Position numbers and translations under genes: made by a program. From NCBI GenBank assembly GCA_976551045.1, contig CDPCPM010000247.1, positions 620,001 through 684,000 on the forward strand: a DNA stretch of 64,000 nt. The letters are read 5' to 3'. The notes under the pieces were generated by a model, which was not told the origin of the DNA, did not search any database, and saw nothing but the letters and a program-made list of their open reading frames with translations. The DNA is from Glaucostegus cemiculus (Eukaryota). Of the stretch, positions 50,071 through 63,650 are shown piece by piece. Numbering within the stretch: the first letter of the stretch is position 1; each line of letters starts with the position of its first letter.

Positions 50071-53000
50071 AAAGCAGCACCATCATGTGGGAGCAGAGTC
50101 TCTGGGCTCAGAAGTACCTGGCTAATACAAAGAGGAGAGCTGTGTTCATGTGACAGATGAATTTCATGTGGGATTCTTTTTGAGTTGGGGGGGGGAGGAT
50201 ATTTGAGCCCATTCTAGGGTAGACCAAAACTCTAAGACAAAAAGATACAGTCCTGCATTAATTTTGTATTCATTCACGGGTGGGTATTACCGACAACTTA
50301 TTGCCCAACCCTAGTTGCCCCCGAACTGAGAAGGTAGTTTAGAGGCAACTATATTGGTGGATTTGGAGTGACACTAAGGTCAAATAAGGTAAGGATGGCA
50401 AATTTCCTTCCCTGAAAAGCATTAGGAATCAGATGGATTTCTACAACAATCTGATGGTTACAGCTTTGATACAAGCTGTTTCTAAATTCCAGATTTGTTG
50501 AATTATGTGAATTTATGCTCCTTAGTGGGATTAGAACTCAGTTATTTATCCAGTTACTTAATAGAACAATACCATACCACAAAGGAAAGACCTCCAATGT
50601 GGAGAGACTCTCTCCTCAGGACAGCTCCTGACCTCCCTTCACAAGGAGATTCCATTGTAGCAATTTCCCAATGGGATCTTTGATGATTGATTTGGGATTG
50701 ATGTACTGGGGCCCAATTTTCAATCTCCTGAGTTGAAAATTGCAGAATTGTGCTCTGCTGCACAACTCTGACTAGCAAGAATCATGAGTAAGATTCAGTG
50801 CCTTATAACTGTGCATGCAAATCTCAGCCAGTTGTTCTGGAAATAACAGCTTGGGTTCAGGTGGAAACTAGCTTGACCGAAAAGCTAAGGCTCCCTATAA
50901 TATAAGGAAACAAAGGATGGAGATCTCAGCCTGAGCCATTTGGACACCTCATGTTATTGGTGACAATGTCTCTCTCATTTCCTTTCATCTACATTTTCCC
51001 TCCTGTATAGTGATTCTTCACACCAGTTGCTCAAACCTTACGGCTGTGGAAAGATCAAATTGTTTTAAAGATTGAACAGAAACTCCTAAAAGCTCAAGGT
51101 TGTTCAGGTGACTGACTGGAGCGGACGCATTTGTGTTCTGGCTCGTAGCCCATTATGGCTTGTTTATTTGTCTGGCCTAAATGAACCATGGAATGCCTGG
51201 GCACTAAATGTGAAGTATGCCCCTCAGCAGGAAATGCCACAGTAATCTCTCTATCCCTCATGCAGATGAGATCACTGCAATTATGTGTTTTGAAATCCAG
51301 CCAGGCAGGTGCTGAGGGTAGTGCCAAATAACTAAAGCCCCCATCAGTTTAGAAACTACGCTGAACCATTGTACTTCTGCTACAGGAACAAAAGTGATCT
51401 CTGTCTGTGCACACCTTAACATTAACCCCTGCATAATCCTAGTGTGTGCAAAGTGAGGGCAGAGTCACGCGCTCCCAGTGTTGCCAGGAACACAGTATTT
51501 ATTCAGCTGTTTAAATAGTGCTTGCTTATTAATTATGTGGAATGCCTAATGGACCTCCTCGACTATTTGGAAGACTATCTCAGTCAGGTGGTAGAGGTTG
51601 TTGCAGCTTCAATTCCACTTCCACTGCCTGAGATCCCAATTCCTGTCACCATGTTGGGGTAAGGCAAAGAATACACAAGAGTTTGTCACAATTTCAGCCT
51701 CTCCGTGGCTACAGCTGATAGCTCCAAAGAATTGCCAAATTTAAATTTGTTTTCTGTCAATAAGAGATTACTGGGACAATCTTCATGTCTCCTATCTAAC
51801 AGTACGAGTAAACTCTTATCCCCACTACCAGTGTAACTGTGACAGCTCTGTTCCCCTGGCCCCACAACTGGTTTTATCCCATCAATCAAGCAGCACACAC
51901 ACTGGCAATGATTTGTTATTCTTGACCTGAATGCCCTTTCCAGCTAATATCAGCTGGAAGCCAGTCAAAGGAGTTCTGGACGGATGTTTAATATTATCTA
52001 AAGTGGTTCTCCCAGGTACTCCTGTAATAACAATGGCAAAGTTTAGATTCCTCCTTCCCTTTAACAACAGTCCTTCATCGTCCTCCACAGGTGCCACAGC
52101 TGGCTAGTAAGGCAGTAAGCTATCTGATTCAACAGTCAGCCACCAAAATCTATCCCTTCGCCATCAGTGTTAAGTTTCAGCACAAGTTATTGAATGACGG
52201 GAGATCTCTCCTTGTACACCTGTAATTATTCATGCCCCAACATATGATTTTCAAAAGGACTTTCAGAAAATCACTAATATTAAACAAAGGGATTCAAGGC
52301 TGCCACACCAAGCTCTTTATATTGCATTCCACATGATCGAGCATTGGACTAATGGATGTGTGTGCTATGTTCAACTGCTGGCAGACCCAGTCTCAATTAG
52401 AGGCCACTCTCTGGTCATTTCATTCCAGTGGCAATCTGGTGGAGCCATCACAAACTTTACTGGAACCCAAAAATGCAAGCTCCAGTCCCTGGAGTGTCAC
52501 CCATGTTATGAGCACAAGCCTGAGGATGGTGAACTCCACTCCACCTGCAAGGCAGCGGTTTAAGTGTATTGAAGCTAATGAGCCTCCTGAAGGATGGAAC
52601 GAGGATCCCAATTCTATACCTGAAAGTTATGAAGGGAAGAGTAAATGTTTAATGGATCAAGGTCCCACACCCAATGACTCAATCTCCACCGTTCCTTGTG
52701 GCCCATTAGTCCCGGTGAGTGCAGCCCATGCACCCACAGCACCAAGGCTGCACTCCAGAGACCTCTCCCTCGAACCCACCATTTGATGAGTTCAGTAATG
52801 GAATTCCATTCATGAAATACCTACACAGCTGCCTTATTTACTTGAGGGTAGAATGGAGGATAGGCAACAAGAAAACATATTTATTGAAAAAATTGCTGAG
52901 TATCAAGTCTTGTCCTCCATAAAGATAGAGATTCTGTTGACATCATATGTAGTCAATGGACCGATGGATCCATGTTACCTTTCTGCCTACACATAAAACT

Positions 53001-54289
53001 TGATATGTTATCTGACCCTACACACTTAATGAGTCAGAGCTCCGGTCACTACAGAATTTTACCATTCAGGAAGCACATGGGTTTGATTTTTCTTTTCGTT
53101 TTTGCTGAGTACAAGTGCTACACCTGAACAAGTGCAAAGAAAGTTATCCAGGCGTCCAGACCGAGCTGTTCCTGCTGCAAATGTTTCTGCAATAATGTTG
53201 TGTGAATGAAGGATTAGACCTAGCTCCTCTCTACAGCTGAATAGCTTCTGAGTACTTGCTGTCAGAGACTTAGCTATAGAACAATGACTGGCCCATTAGT
53301 GAGGCAGGGGTATTGTGACTAATTACTATAGGACTACAAGGAGCTGCCATCTTTAGCAGAAGAGGACAGAAAACTATAGAGGAAAGAAAACTTTACCCTG
53401 CTTTTCAATTACAAAGGACTTTTATCATGCAGCTATTCCAGGAATTGGGCCTGTACCAAACTCCCAAAGGTGCCAGTGATGCCTTTTTAATCATTTCCAG
53501 TTCTAAAAGCAGATCAAAGCATTGAGTGGAGTCTGCATTAAGGGAGGCAGCTGTCACCCTGTCATGTACAGTACAGATCTGAGAAGCTAACACTTTAGTC
53601 CAACTTATTATATCATGTACAGCAACATGTCTATTTCAGAATGGGATTGAAGGTTATAAGAATAAGAGATAAAAATAATCAAAGTTGAGCGGAATCCTGA
53701 ATTGATAACGCCCTGGAAACATTGCACAAACTATCACTCTGTGCCATTGAAGCGTGCCTGCCAATCCTCCCTAATCAGAAAGACTTTTGACTCTATCTTC
53801 TAAAATGTAGCAACACAACCATGAAAAATAACCAATGGACTACTGGCAGCAATCCAGGCATGGATTAGGTTAAATCTCAACCCAGTCAGTTCTGCAAATT
53901 CCTCTTCTATAACATCAGGTGTTCAGCTTCAGGGAGCTGCCCACAGATGAGGCAAGCGACATCAGTGGCCAAATGCAGAGAATCACAGACATCAGCTGAT
54001 ATTGGAGATTCCCTCTACCATCACTCTGAAGGCCCTTTTCTACCTGCACTAGGGCATGGTTGGACCTGGCCCACAAAGCACTCAAAGACTCCAAAATGTT
54101 GCAGTGCAAAGTGATCGGGGGGGTTTGAGTAGATGCAACACAATAAGTTAAAGACACCAGGAGTAGTGCATACAGTTTTGGCCTCCATATTCAAAGACTG
54201 ATATACTGGAATTGGTGGACAGCACAGAGGAGGTTTGCTGGATGATTCCTGGGGTGAAGGCATTTTTGTGTGTGTAGTAAGGCTGAGCA

Positions 54290-54645
54290 GGTGGAGTCTA
54301 TACTCATTGGAGTTTAGAACAAGAGGTGATTCTATTGAAACATATAAAGATTCTGAGGAGATTCATTGGGTGGATACTGAGATACCCTAGTGAAGGTATC
54401 TAGAACTTGGAGGCATTGTTTGCAATAAAGAAAACCCCATTTCAGACAGGAGTTTCTTTTCTCAAAGGGTTAGGACTCTTTGGAATTCCAGAGAGCTATG
54501 GAGGCAAAATCATTGAATACATTCACGGCAAAATCATTGAATATGTTCATGGCGGAGATTGACAGACATTTAAACAACAAGGGAATCAAGCAATATTTTA
54601 AAAAATAGTGGGAAAGTGGTTCTGCTCCTGGTTTATGTTCTAATC
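54290..54645 (+). mobile_element. CR1 LINE 3' fragment
   Basis: ctatactcattggagtttagaa...ttctgctcctggtttatgttct; contains a 24-bp internal tandem duplication (ggcaaaatcattgaata x2). Confidence 0.6.
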
Positions 54646-57329
54646 TACTTGATATTGACAGCAAACACCTTAAATCTTTTTGCTCCAAGTAATGGAACTG
54701 TCCTACAGTTCACTGACAAGTCAGCACATCTCCTCCTTGCACATCTCAGAGGAAGTAAAGATACAGAATGTACTGTTGTGGGGTGCTTCATACTCCAGGA
54801 CTGGTAATAACTTTATGATGTCTCAAGTGGCTGAAATGGGTAAAATCAAGGCCTTTAGTCTGTGCCTTGGTCAAATCAGCATAAACGAGCCAAGCTACCT
54901 GGTCTATGTGTTTGTATGTATGGAGGTACTTATTGGATTGGCCATCCACAATAACCTCTCTACAGAGCCCAACCTTCCCCCTGCCTCTCCACTTGTTCCA
55001 TGTTTGGACCAGTTATTTAAAACTGATCTCCAACTGGAGAACAAAGCATTTGATGCAAGTAATTCAACCACTTTTACACTCTGCCAGAATTTCTTTTGCC
55101 AGTTTTAGTCCACTTTCCCCAATTACTTTGGTTGGTAAGTTGATAACTAGACATAAACTTAATTACCAATGGAGTTTGCGAAGAAATTATATTCTTGTTT
55201 TGATTCAGAATTGTTAGGATGAAATTCTGTATTAGAAAGATCTATTAGCAAATATCTCTAATGGCTTTCAATAAAGCAATGAAAATATTTTTGAAAACAA
55301 ATATATAAGTATAAAGAATAGGCATGGTAGATGTCTGCTCTTTCAGAGGGTTGAAAATAGAATGGTTTCACTCAATGGTTGGTCACATTTTGGAATGGTT
55401 GCCTGATTTTTTTCCCCACAGATGCTGTCTGGCCTGCTGAGTTCCTCCAACATTATAGTGTTTTTCATCTAGATTCCAGCATCTGCAGTCCTTTATTTCT
55501 CTCGAAATGGCTGTATGTGTATGCCACTGGATATTAATTGTAAAGCTGTCAGACCCAGTTTATGATTTAAATATACCTTTAAAGGGCAAAGCAGGTTCCA
55601 GCACTACCCATGCAAAGCTGGGTACTGAACTCATAATGCACACTGCAGTTATCCACATGCAATTTTTGACTCACATGATTTCACAGGCATCTCAATGTAG
55701 TTTATGTCTGAATAAATCCTAGTAAATCAGGGAAAGCTTCTGGCCTTATTCTATCCTCAATAACAGTAACTTCTGCTGAAGCCTAAAGAAAAACGTTATC
55801 CATAACTTATGGACTTAATTGCTTGGAAATCGTTGGACTCCTCAGTTCAGCAGGAAGCTAAAACATAATTTCTTCCTGCAAAACCCGACATTGAAATGTT
55901 GAAACTAGTGGTGTTATTCCCTTCCCAGCCTGCATCTGTTTCAGGTGCATGTGAGGCCTGGCATATCCTCCTCACAGGAATGTCCTGGAATGGTCTTCCT
56001 TTCTCCTAAACTTTGAAACTGGATTTTCAAGGCCCTCAGTGAGCAAGTCTAGGCACATTGTAAATTAAATTTCTATTCACTACAAAAAAAACTCCTGAAA
56101 TGTTTAGTTACTCAGTTTACCAGCACCTCTTTCTTTGCACCAATCAACATTTGGTTGCAATTAACACTTAATCCTTATTTAAAATCAATATGAATTCAGG
56201 TAGTTAATTAGATTGTTATGAAACCCAGCTGCACTCAGGGGTAGCTACTAGTTAACGACTACTAATTTGATTTAATACATGGCAATCAAAACTACAGGGC
56301 TTTGATTGCAAGAATGGAAATCCTCTTACGTACTGCTCTGGAAATGGAAATAAGATTAAGTGACAAAGTAAAACTGTTCATTTCTATAAATGTTCTAAAT
56401 GCACTGTTTATCTGGATCCAGACACTGGCTAATGGAATTGGGCCAAATTATTTAAAATGCAACTTTAGCAAGGGGCAGTGTGTTCATACACTCTTTCCAT
56501 ATATAGCCTTTCAGAGAGAGCAAGTACTAATACACAGAATGTGCCAATAAGGGGGAATTACTGGTCGGGAAACTGCAGACATGCTTACAGTTGAGAATTA
56601 ATGGCAATGTGTCCCGGTAACTAGGTGAACCACAGGGAACCTGGCTAATTAGTGAAGTGGTCTCAAACCAGTTCCTAAGAGTTTGTTCAACACCACAGAT
56701 CAGTATGAGGTTATGCAGCTTATTAGCCTTTGAAAGAACTGAATTTAGCACAGGGGCCATTCAGATCAGTTTCAGTCTCTCAGATGAAACATTTCAAATT
56801 TGCCACACTACTTTGTACCCAAAAAGCATTTTTATTCCCAACTTGCCTCTTCAACCTCTATAGGAGCCACACACTATTCTCCACTTTCTACAAATGACAG
56901 GAACATTTGTTTTTTTCAGATTTACTGCCAGTTTCCCCATGTCATTCATAGCAGGGAGCTTAAAGTATACTTCTATAAGAGAGAGGAACTTCATATAATG
57001 AGGCTTCCTAAAAATGATTCTAAAAACTATCCTTGAGAAGAGTAGATAAGTTTTTTGGAATAAAAAAATTATTAACATTCTCCATGTCTGTGAACTACAT
57101 AATTAAATGTTTTGGTGACAGACCACAATTGCAATAATTGGTATACCTTGGCTGAAGTGGCTGAAAAGCAGAACATGTGATGTGGAGGGCAGTTGGGTCC
57201 TAAGTTCAATTTTCCTCTGATATATCCTGGCTTCATTATTACTATCTTTTTCCAGAAATCCATCAAGTTTATATCAGTTTAGATGATGCAAAGTCTTACC
57301 TGTGCATCTCTGACCACGCTTCATCTACT

Positions 57330-57615
57330 TGTACACTGTCCAGGATGAACATGGATTCTAAATTCCAGTGCAGTACTAAGGGAGTTCTGCACTGTCAACT
57401 TCTGTTCTCTTTGGTGGATGCAAAAGACATCACAGATTATTCTAAGGTTCCAGCCAAAACTTAAACTTCATTAAAGATGATTTAAGAGATATTCTGGTCA
57501 AAATCACCTAGCTGTCTGATGCGGCTAATTAAGCACATACTGTTCTTGCATTTCTGCGCATCAAAAGAACTTCATCGACTGTAAGGCAGTTTGGGATGTC
57601 CTCATATCATGGAAG
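57330..57615 (+). mobile_element. Degenerate Deu-domain SINE (SacSINE1/AmnSINE-like)
   Basis: tccagtgcagtactaagggagttctgcactgtc core and tail tgtaaggcagtttgggatgtcct, matching the family as recalled. Confidence 0.45.
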
Positions 57616-59524
57616 CTTTTTGGATCTTTTACTGCCTGACACACATACAGTGTCACCCAGAGCAGACATGACATTCAGTTGCTGCCATCAATGTGGAACC
57701 CTGCCCTCAATGATCTGCTGCTGCTGAGCTGTCAGGCCTAAGGAAATTGTTCAGCTCCGAGGCTGAACCAGCTGTCAGGCCAAATCTGGGGAATATGATC
57801 CCAAGTGGGTCAAATCTCTAACCCTTTAACTAGATTTTGAATATTTACATTGCCTCCTATTTTTTTATGGCAGGTTGCATATCTGAATATTGCCTCAGTC
57901 AGGCCTTGAGTGTCAAATGGGTGGCTGAAGGGAGTTTCAGTTTTACTACTTTATTGCTGTTTACCCATTTATCAAGCACGCGATAATCACCTGGCACTTT
58001 AAAATCACTCCCGTACATCTCTGTCTTAGCTGGTGACAAACTGCTGCACACGGAGAATAAAAGAAAACTGCATTGTTTCCTACTAAACCTAAGATCCTTG
58101 TCAGAAGCTGAAATTTTGTAATTCTGAGGTTTCTGGTGGAGCAAAATTTGCTTTATTTATACAATGTTCAGATTCCAAGGCAAATGGGAAGAAGGGCAAA
58201 AGGGAGCAGTTTGAGTATGTGTGACATTCCATTCTGGCACCGTAATATAAATGATCATAAATAGGCACCACAACATTGCTAATGAGAGGCCATGCCAAAG
58301 CAGATTTCCGTACTAACCATTTCCAAAGCAGTGACCTTGTCAGGTCTGTTACACAATCAGACTTTTGTTCCCTTTAGACACTCAAAATTAGGTTGACCAG
58401 AAACTACTCTTTAAAAGCTAAGCCAAATCCTTGGAGCAAGATGCAAAACAATGTGAATTGCTGCTGGTGTTTTTCCACATTCTTGCCCCATCTGGTACAC
58501 TGCACCTAGCTCCCTCATGCTGCCGCTTGGCTGGTATGGAACAAAAGTCCACTTGTGCTTAGGGGTGGGGTGGTGAGCTATAGACTAAATACACGGAAGC
58601 TCCAGTGGAAGTCACACACTTTCTTTGAAACAAAGCTTTACGATCAAATGCTCAAAGCCAGCTTCAGCACACTGCGTGTATAACCTTGCTGCATTTCTTT
58701 GGAATGAACATCGAGAGCTGCCAGTACACATCGTTTATGGGAAGCAGGAGGGAGGAGGAATGGAGGATAGGGGAACAATGTTGAATAGCCCAAAGGAAAG
58801 GCCTATACCAATTTGAAGTGCTCTCATCCACAAATGCTACAGAGGTACATTGTAACCTGTTCAGTGAGAAAAGATGTTCTCTTCTTGCAGGTAGTTCTCC
58901 TGACCTCAAAAAGGAGATTTTACTGATGTCAGTCTAGAAACAGATTTCTGTGCCTCATCAGTTTTGAAATTGCCTTGTTTCATCCTTCATTCATTCACAT
59001 TAGTAACTAGTTCCATATCTTCATTACTTCCCCTTTACAGAATCATTCTATGTTTGCTAACAAAAGCTGTCAAAGTGCCTGCTTTCCTCAACAACTTCAC
59101 AGAGAAGGTTGTGAAATTTACAACGCTATTTCCTCCCATTTTCTCTCTGCACCAGAATTCAACATTTTGCCAGGGTTTGTTTCCACAGGTTCCAGCCTCC
59201 CCTGAGTGGCTGTATTTGAAGCCTGACCTGTTGTGGTGCTTACATTCTTTTCAACCACTGGGATTATCTCATCCGGTTCTCATCTCATGCCTGCAGGTCT
59301 AAAAATGATAGGAGTGATAACCCTATTTGATATTTATCCCCGTCTGGTTAGTTCAACAGTGGAGAGCAAAATGACCAAACAGGAAGGAGCTGCAACAGTA
59401 GTTTAAATAACAACGTGAAGTTTGTGTGCTGTTTTTATGCTGTCAAATTTAGCCAACACTTATGTGAACTGATAAACTTGGCACTTTAAAATGGAATGAC
59501 CTTTACTTATTCTTTATCTTCCAG

Positions 59525-59607
59525 TTATTCGAGCAAAAGTAACTGGGAAGAAGCTACTGAACCATGGGCCTTTTGGGACAATGCGCTACTCTGTCAAACA
59601 AACGAAG
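59525..59607 (+). CDS. TIMP3: TIMP3 exon 2 (83 nt), single copy in this window
   Basis: ttctttatcttccag|TT ATT CGA GCA AAA...ACG AAG|gtgaga. Translates (V)[27 protein letters not shown], with the TIMP VIRAK motif and the TIMP3-type GPFGT loop. Confidence 0.95.
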
Positions 59608-62600
59608 GTGAGACACGACAGGCTCAGAGTGTTTAAACATCATAAGGAGACTGCATGTACTGATGCAGTGATATACTGCTTTTCTTTCTCTTTTTCAATC
59701 CTTTTATTAGTTTTCAAACTGCTCTTCAACTCTGGGAAATGAATTCAAATCAGAGTTAGGCTGATGTGATAAAAAGTTTCCTCTTACTACGGCAGTAAGG
59801 GGTCCAAGTCTGGAGAGGTTTTAATCTAGTTCTAAGTGACAATCAACAGCAACCAACTATTTTTCAGCAAAGTATTTCTGGCTTGAGAATGGTTGACGTT
59901 GATACCTTGAGTAAAGTTAGAGCCTAGGAATTAAATTATGTAACACCACTCCTTTTGTTCAGCACTACACAAAAGATAGTTCTGTAAAGGAAAATCAAGA
60001 ACACTCTTAAGTTGCACAAATTCTGTGCTTTTTCCTTCCAGATCCTAGGTGAAAACTAATGCACAGCGATGGCCAGACATGCAATCAGGTGCAATGCCTG
60101 TTTCCTCTTAAGTAACACACTTTTTTCCCCATCATGCTGGATCTTCCTCAACAGGTCGTTCACTCCACAACCATTTGTTATCATCTCTCAAGCAATAAAC
60201 TCCACCCACCCACTCTCACTAACTCTGGTGTGACTCAGAGCTAGACTTGCTCACGTACTTCAAGGATTCCCGAGTTGTGACCTATTCAATAAAATGTGAC
60301 ACTTTGGACTTTGTGCAGCAGTGAACTTTGCATCAGTGGTCCTCGTATAAAACCTTCAGTGCCTGCTGCACACCATCCCTTTAAACAGTGACCTTCAATT
60401 TCTAGGCCACAAGAAGTTCCATTTGCACCACAAATACAGTCATCTTGAAGAAAGCAGGCTCATGTTCCCCTTAAGTTATTTTTGCAAGGGTGACAGAAGG
60501 TTTTCATTTTCTCTGTCATTATACCAACATAAGTTGGTTCACCTTACATTCTCCATCCTGTAACCGTGAGGGGTAGTCTTTGGTAATTGACTGGCCTCGA
60601 TTATTATGTGCCAAATGTATAGGCTACTGCACAAAATACGCTGCCTTACAATGTGTAGAGCAGATTGAGAACATATTGTGCCATAGACCAAATAATCCAG
60701 TAAATGGAAGGATAGTGCTGTAAGAAGGCAAGCAAGCTCAAATTATTCATTATAATATACAAAACTGCATTGTGATTATCCAGAGAAACATTGTTTTTCA
60801 TAAGTGGAAGGTACAGCCATTATAATTAGCGGTTGACAGGCTCCCAGCCTCTAGAAGCCAACTATTAAATCCTACTTTCCTTTCCCTGCAGTGCCTACCT
60901 CAAATTGTGCTGAGGACAACCTGAATGAAATCATGAAATTGAGTCCATTACAAGTTGCTGCTGTGTCATCACCCTGTCCCTCTTGGGCTGATGTGAATTG
61001 CCGTTTGGTTCTCTAAAATATCAGGATCATGATCCATGAGTGATTTAATGCTGTGATTGTTTCTGGGTCTCACCAGAATCACTCGACTACAAACAGAGTG
61101 CTACAGAAGCAATTACTGAGTCAGTGTGTCTTCACACCACTGTCAATGACTCCTAATAACTGGGAGGTTTATCCCCTAACTTACAGATGTATGTAAGCAT
61201 TCTCCTGCTTTTTTTAAAATCACTTATAGGTATGAGGGTGTCACTCATGAGGCTAGTATATACTATCCTTCCCACTTTGCCCTTGAAATGTTGATGGTAA
61301 ACCACAGCAGTTGCTCTTGTGAAAGTACACCACAGTGCTGTCGGGGAGGGAGCTCCAACATTAGCCTCAGTGAAGCATAGGGTATAAGCAGAATCTACAG
61401 AAGGTGGATGCCAAACATGAGCTATTTAATACCAAACTGGAGTGAGACATTCTTTGTTCTAGATAGGTACTGTACATGTATAAGTGATCACATTGTAGCA
61501 GCTGCAGGAGAGCAAGGAACAATGAATTGTTCCCTTTTACCCGGTATAATTCATCTAGTACAGGAGGCAACTGTCCCTTGGAAGCAGATCAAGGGCATCT
61601 GTTTGTAAGACCCCATCCTTTGACAGACAGGAGATAACACATGGGGACAGACAGAATGACAGCAATATTGTGGTGAGAATAAATGCACAAGCTATCCTTC
61701 TCCCCTCCCATCTGTTCATAACATTTCATATGGACAGGTGTGCACTGAACTTTACCGTGTGCTTAAGGGTGGGAATTCAATTGTTCCATGGATTATCCTT
61801 TCATACAAAATGGATTTAGGAGAAAAAAAATAAAGATTTTTTTTAGAAACTGCACTTTGAGAAGTTGAATTTGATCACTTTCAAAAATGTGAAAATCCCA
61901 AGGGATAGCCTTACAGAACCTGAAACCAATTCTAAAAAGGTAATCTCAGGGGATTTAGCAAAGTCATATTGTGAAGCCTTGCTTTTTCTTGTTGAAATAA
62001 AATGGATTTTAAAAAATCATCACCACGGTACTGCTAAGTTCTACCCAGTAAATTTTTCCAACAACAATTCCATTGAATAACTCGCATTAAAGGAAGGCTG
62101 TGCCAACTGCCCACAAAGTTAGAGTTATGTTATCTGCCACAATATAAACCAGTATAATGCAAATGGCTTTTATTTCTTTTAAAATAGTGTTTTAAATATA
62201 CATGTACATTTTTAGCCTCGCCATAGAGCATTTCTGCATTTTACAGCTCTGACAAAATGGCTTTTTGCCAAGACAGTGAAGACTTAAGAGACTTTGAATG
62301 CAAACTCTTCTTGTAATCTTATGTCCTCCAGGATTCTTTCCCTGCAATTAATGTTTAAAAATAGCCCTTTTTAAATAAATGGAGCTCATAATTTCAGTAC
62401 ATTTTTCTTTAACTTACTCTTTCAGATGGACTTTTGCTATTACATTCACTGACAGCTCATTGCCATGTGAATTAAAGGCAAAAGTACAAAACAATTTTAG
62501 CTTCTGGACTCTGGCCCAACCAATAAATGGCCAATGAAGAAGCCAATATGTTATATTGCAGTCTTACAAATGGGAAGGTGGCCCATTGACCTTCTAACAC

Positions 62601-63007
62601 AAAGGATCGCCTGCACAAAGAACAATACCTAATCTTTATTGAACAGAACTTTCTCCTGCCACCTGCTTAATGGGACCTCACTGTGCGGAATTGGAGTGGA
62701 GCCTATGTTGTGCCACTCCACGCACAGTGTCATCTTCTTGATCTGCTTCCAACTGCTTTCTTCCATTTCAGATTTTTTTCTTACAGAGAGTGAATTGGCT
62801 GGCAGGGATTTACCTGTTTCCAGCCTTTTGCCCATAGTGCCAAGAACTCTTCACAGCTAATTATCAGCTGAATTAATTAGTGTCACTGCTGAGATATTAA
62901 TATAATCCCAAACTGTGCAACTCCATTCTTCTTGATGCCATATCTACATGCTTTTTGTTTAAGGTAATTGTTTCTCTGTATCAATGGAAACTTTTTCTCT
63001 TCTTTAG

Positions 63008-63119
63008 ATGTATCGTGGCTTCAACAAAGTGCAGCACGTTCAGTACATCTATACAGAAGCCTCTGAGAGCCTGTGTGGTGTACGCCTGCAGGTGAACAAA
63101 TTCCAGTACCTAATCACAG
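63008..63119 (+). CDS. TIMP3: TIMP3 exon 3 (112 nt); exons 4-5 are expected beyond the window
   Basis: ttttctcttctttag|ATG TAT CGT...ATC ACA G|gtaggc. Translates [38 protein letters not shown]; EASESLCG is TIMP3-type. Confidence 0.96.
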
Positions 63120-63486
63120 GTAGGCAGCACAGTACATCTAGATTTTCAGAGAACTTTCTACAAATTCTTCTACAAGTTAGAACAATATTTGTTTTTGAGT
63201 AAAAAAACATCAGAATGTTGTGAGGAAAACCTCTATCCAGGAGTTCCTTCATCAGGAAGTTTGGCAAGTTGTCAGATTTTCAGGCACCCTAACATCTTAT
63301 AGAAGAATTCAAAGCATGGATGATTTATTTTCATGGAGTTAGTGATCTCTTTTTTTCCATGGTAAAGACTGTGGTGGAGCCACTTAATATGGTGATTGAT
63401 TTTCATGGAGGCAATCTTAAAGAAGGATATACAACATATTGGCTCCTACCAGTTCCTATTCAATTAATTATCTCCTTTTGTTGGGT

Positions 63487-63650
63487 CATAGAGTACAACA
63501 GCATAAAAGCAGGTCCTTTAGCCCATCTAGTCCATGCCGACCTGATCTTCTGCCAAGTCCCATCAACCTGCATCTGGACCATATCCCTCAAATCCATGTA
63601 CCGATCCAAACTTCTCTTAAATATTACGACTGAACCTGCACCTACCACTT
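63487..63650 (-). mobile_element. CR1/SINE 3' tail fragment, reverse orientation
   Basis: catagagtacaacagcataaaagcaggtcctttagcccatc...ccatatccctcaaatccatgtaccgatccaaacttctcttaaa. Confidence 0.55.

Noticed and set aside
51680-54270. Medium ORFs possibly representing a hidden gene or ERV
   Set aside because: No recognisable domain or consistent splice pattern; possibly very old TE debris that I cannot assign.
53029-61123. Several AP-1 sites (TGACTCA/TGAGTCA) in TIMP3 introns
   Set aside because: The number is about what chance predicts for a 7-mer in 64 kb, with no clustering.
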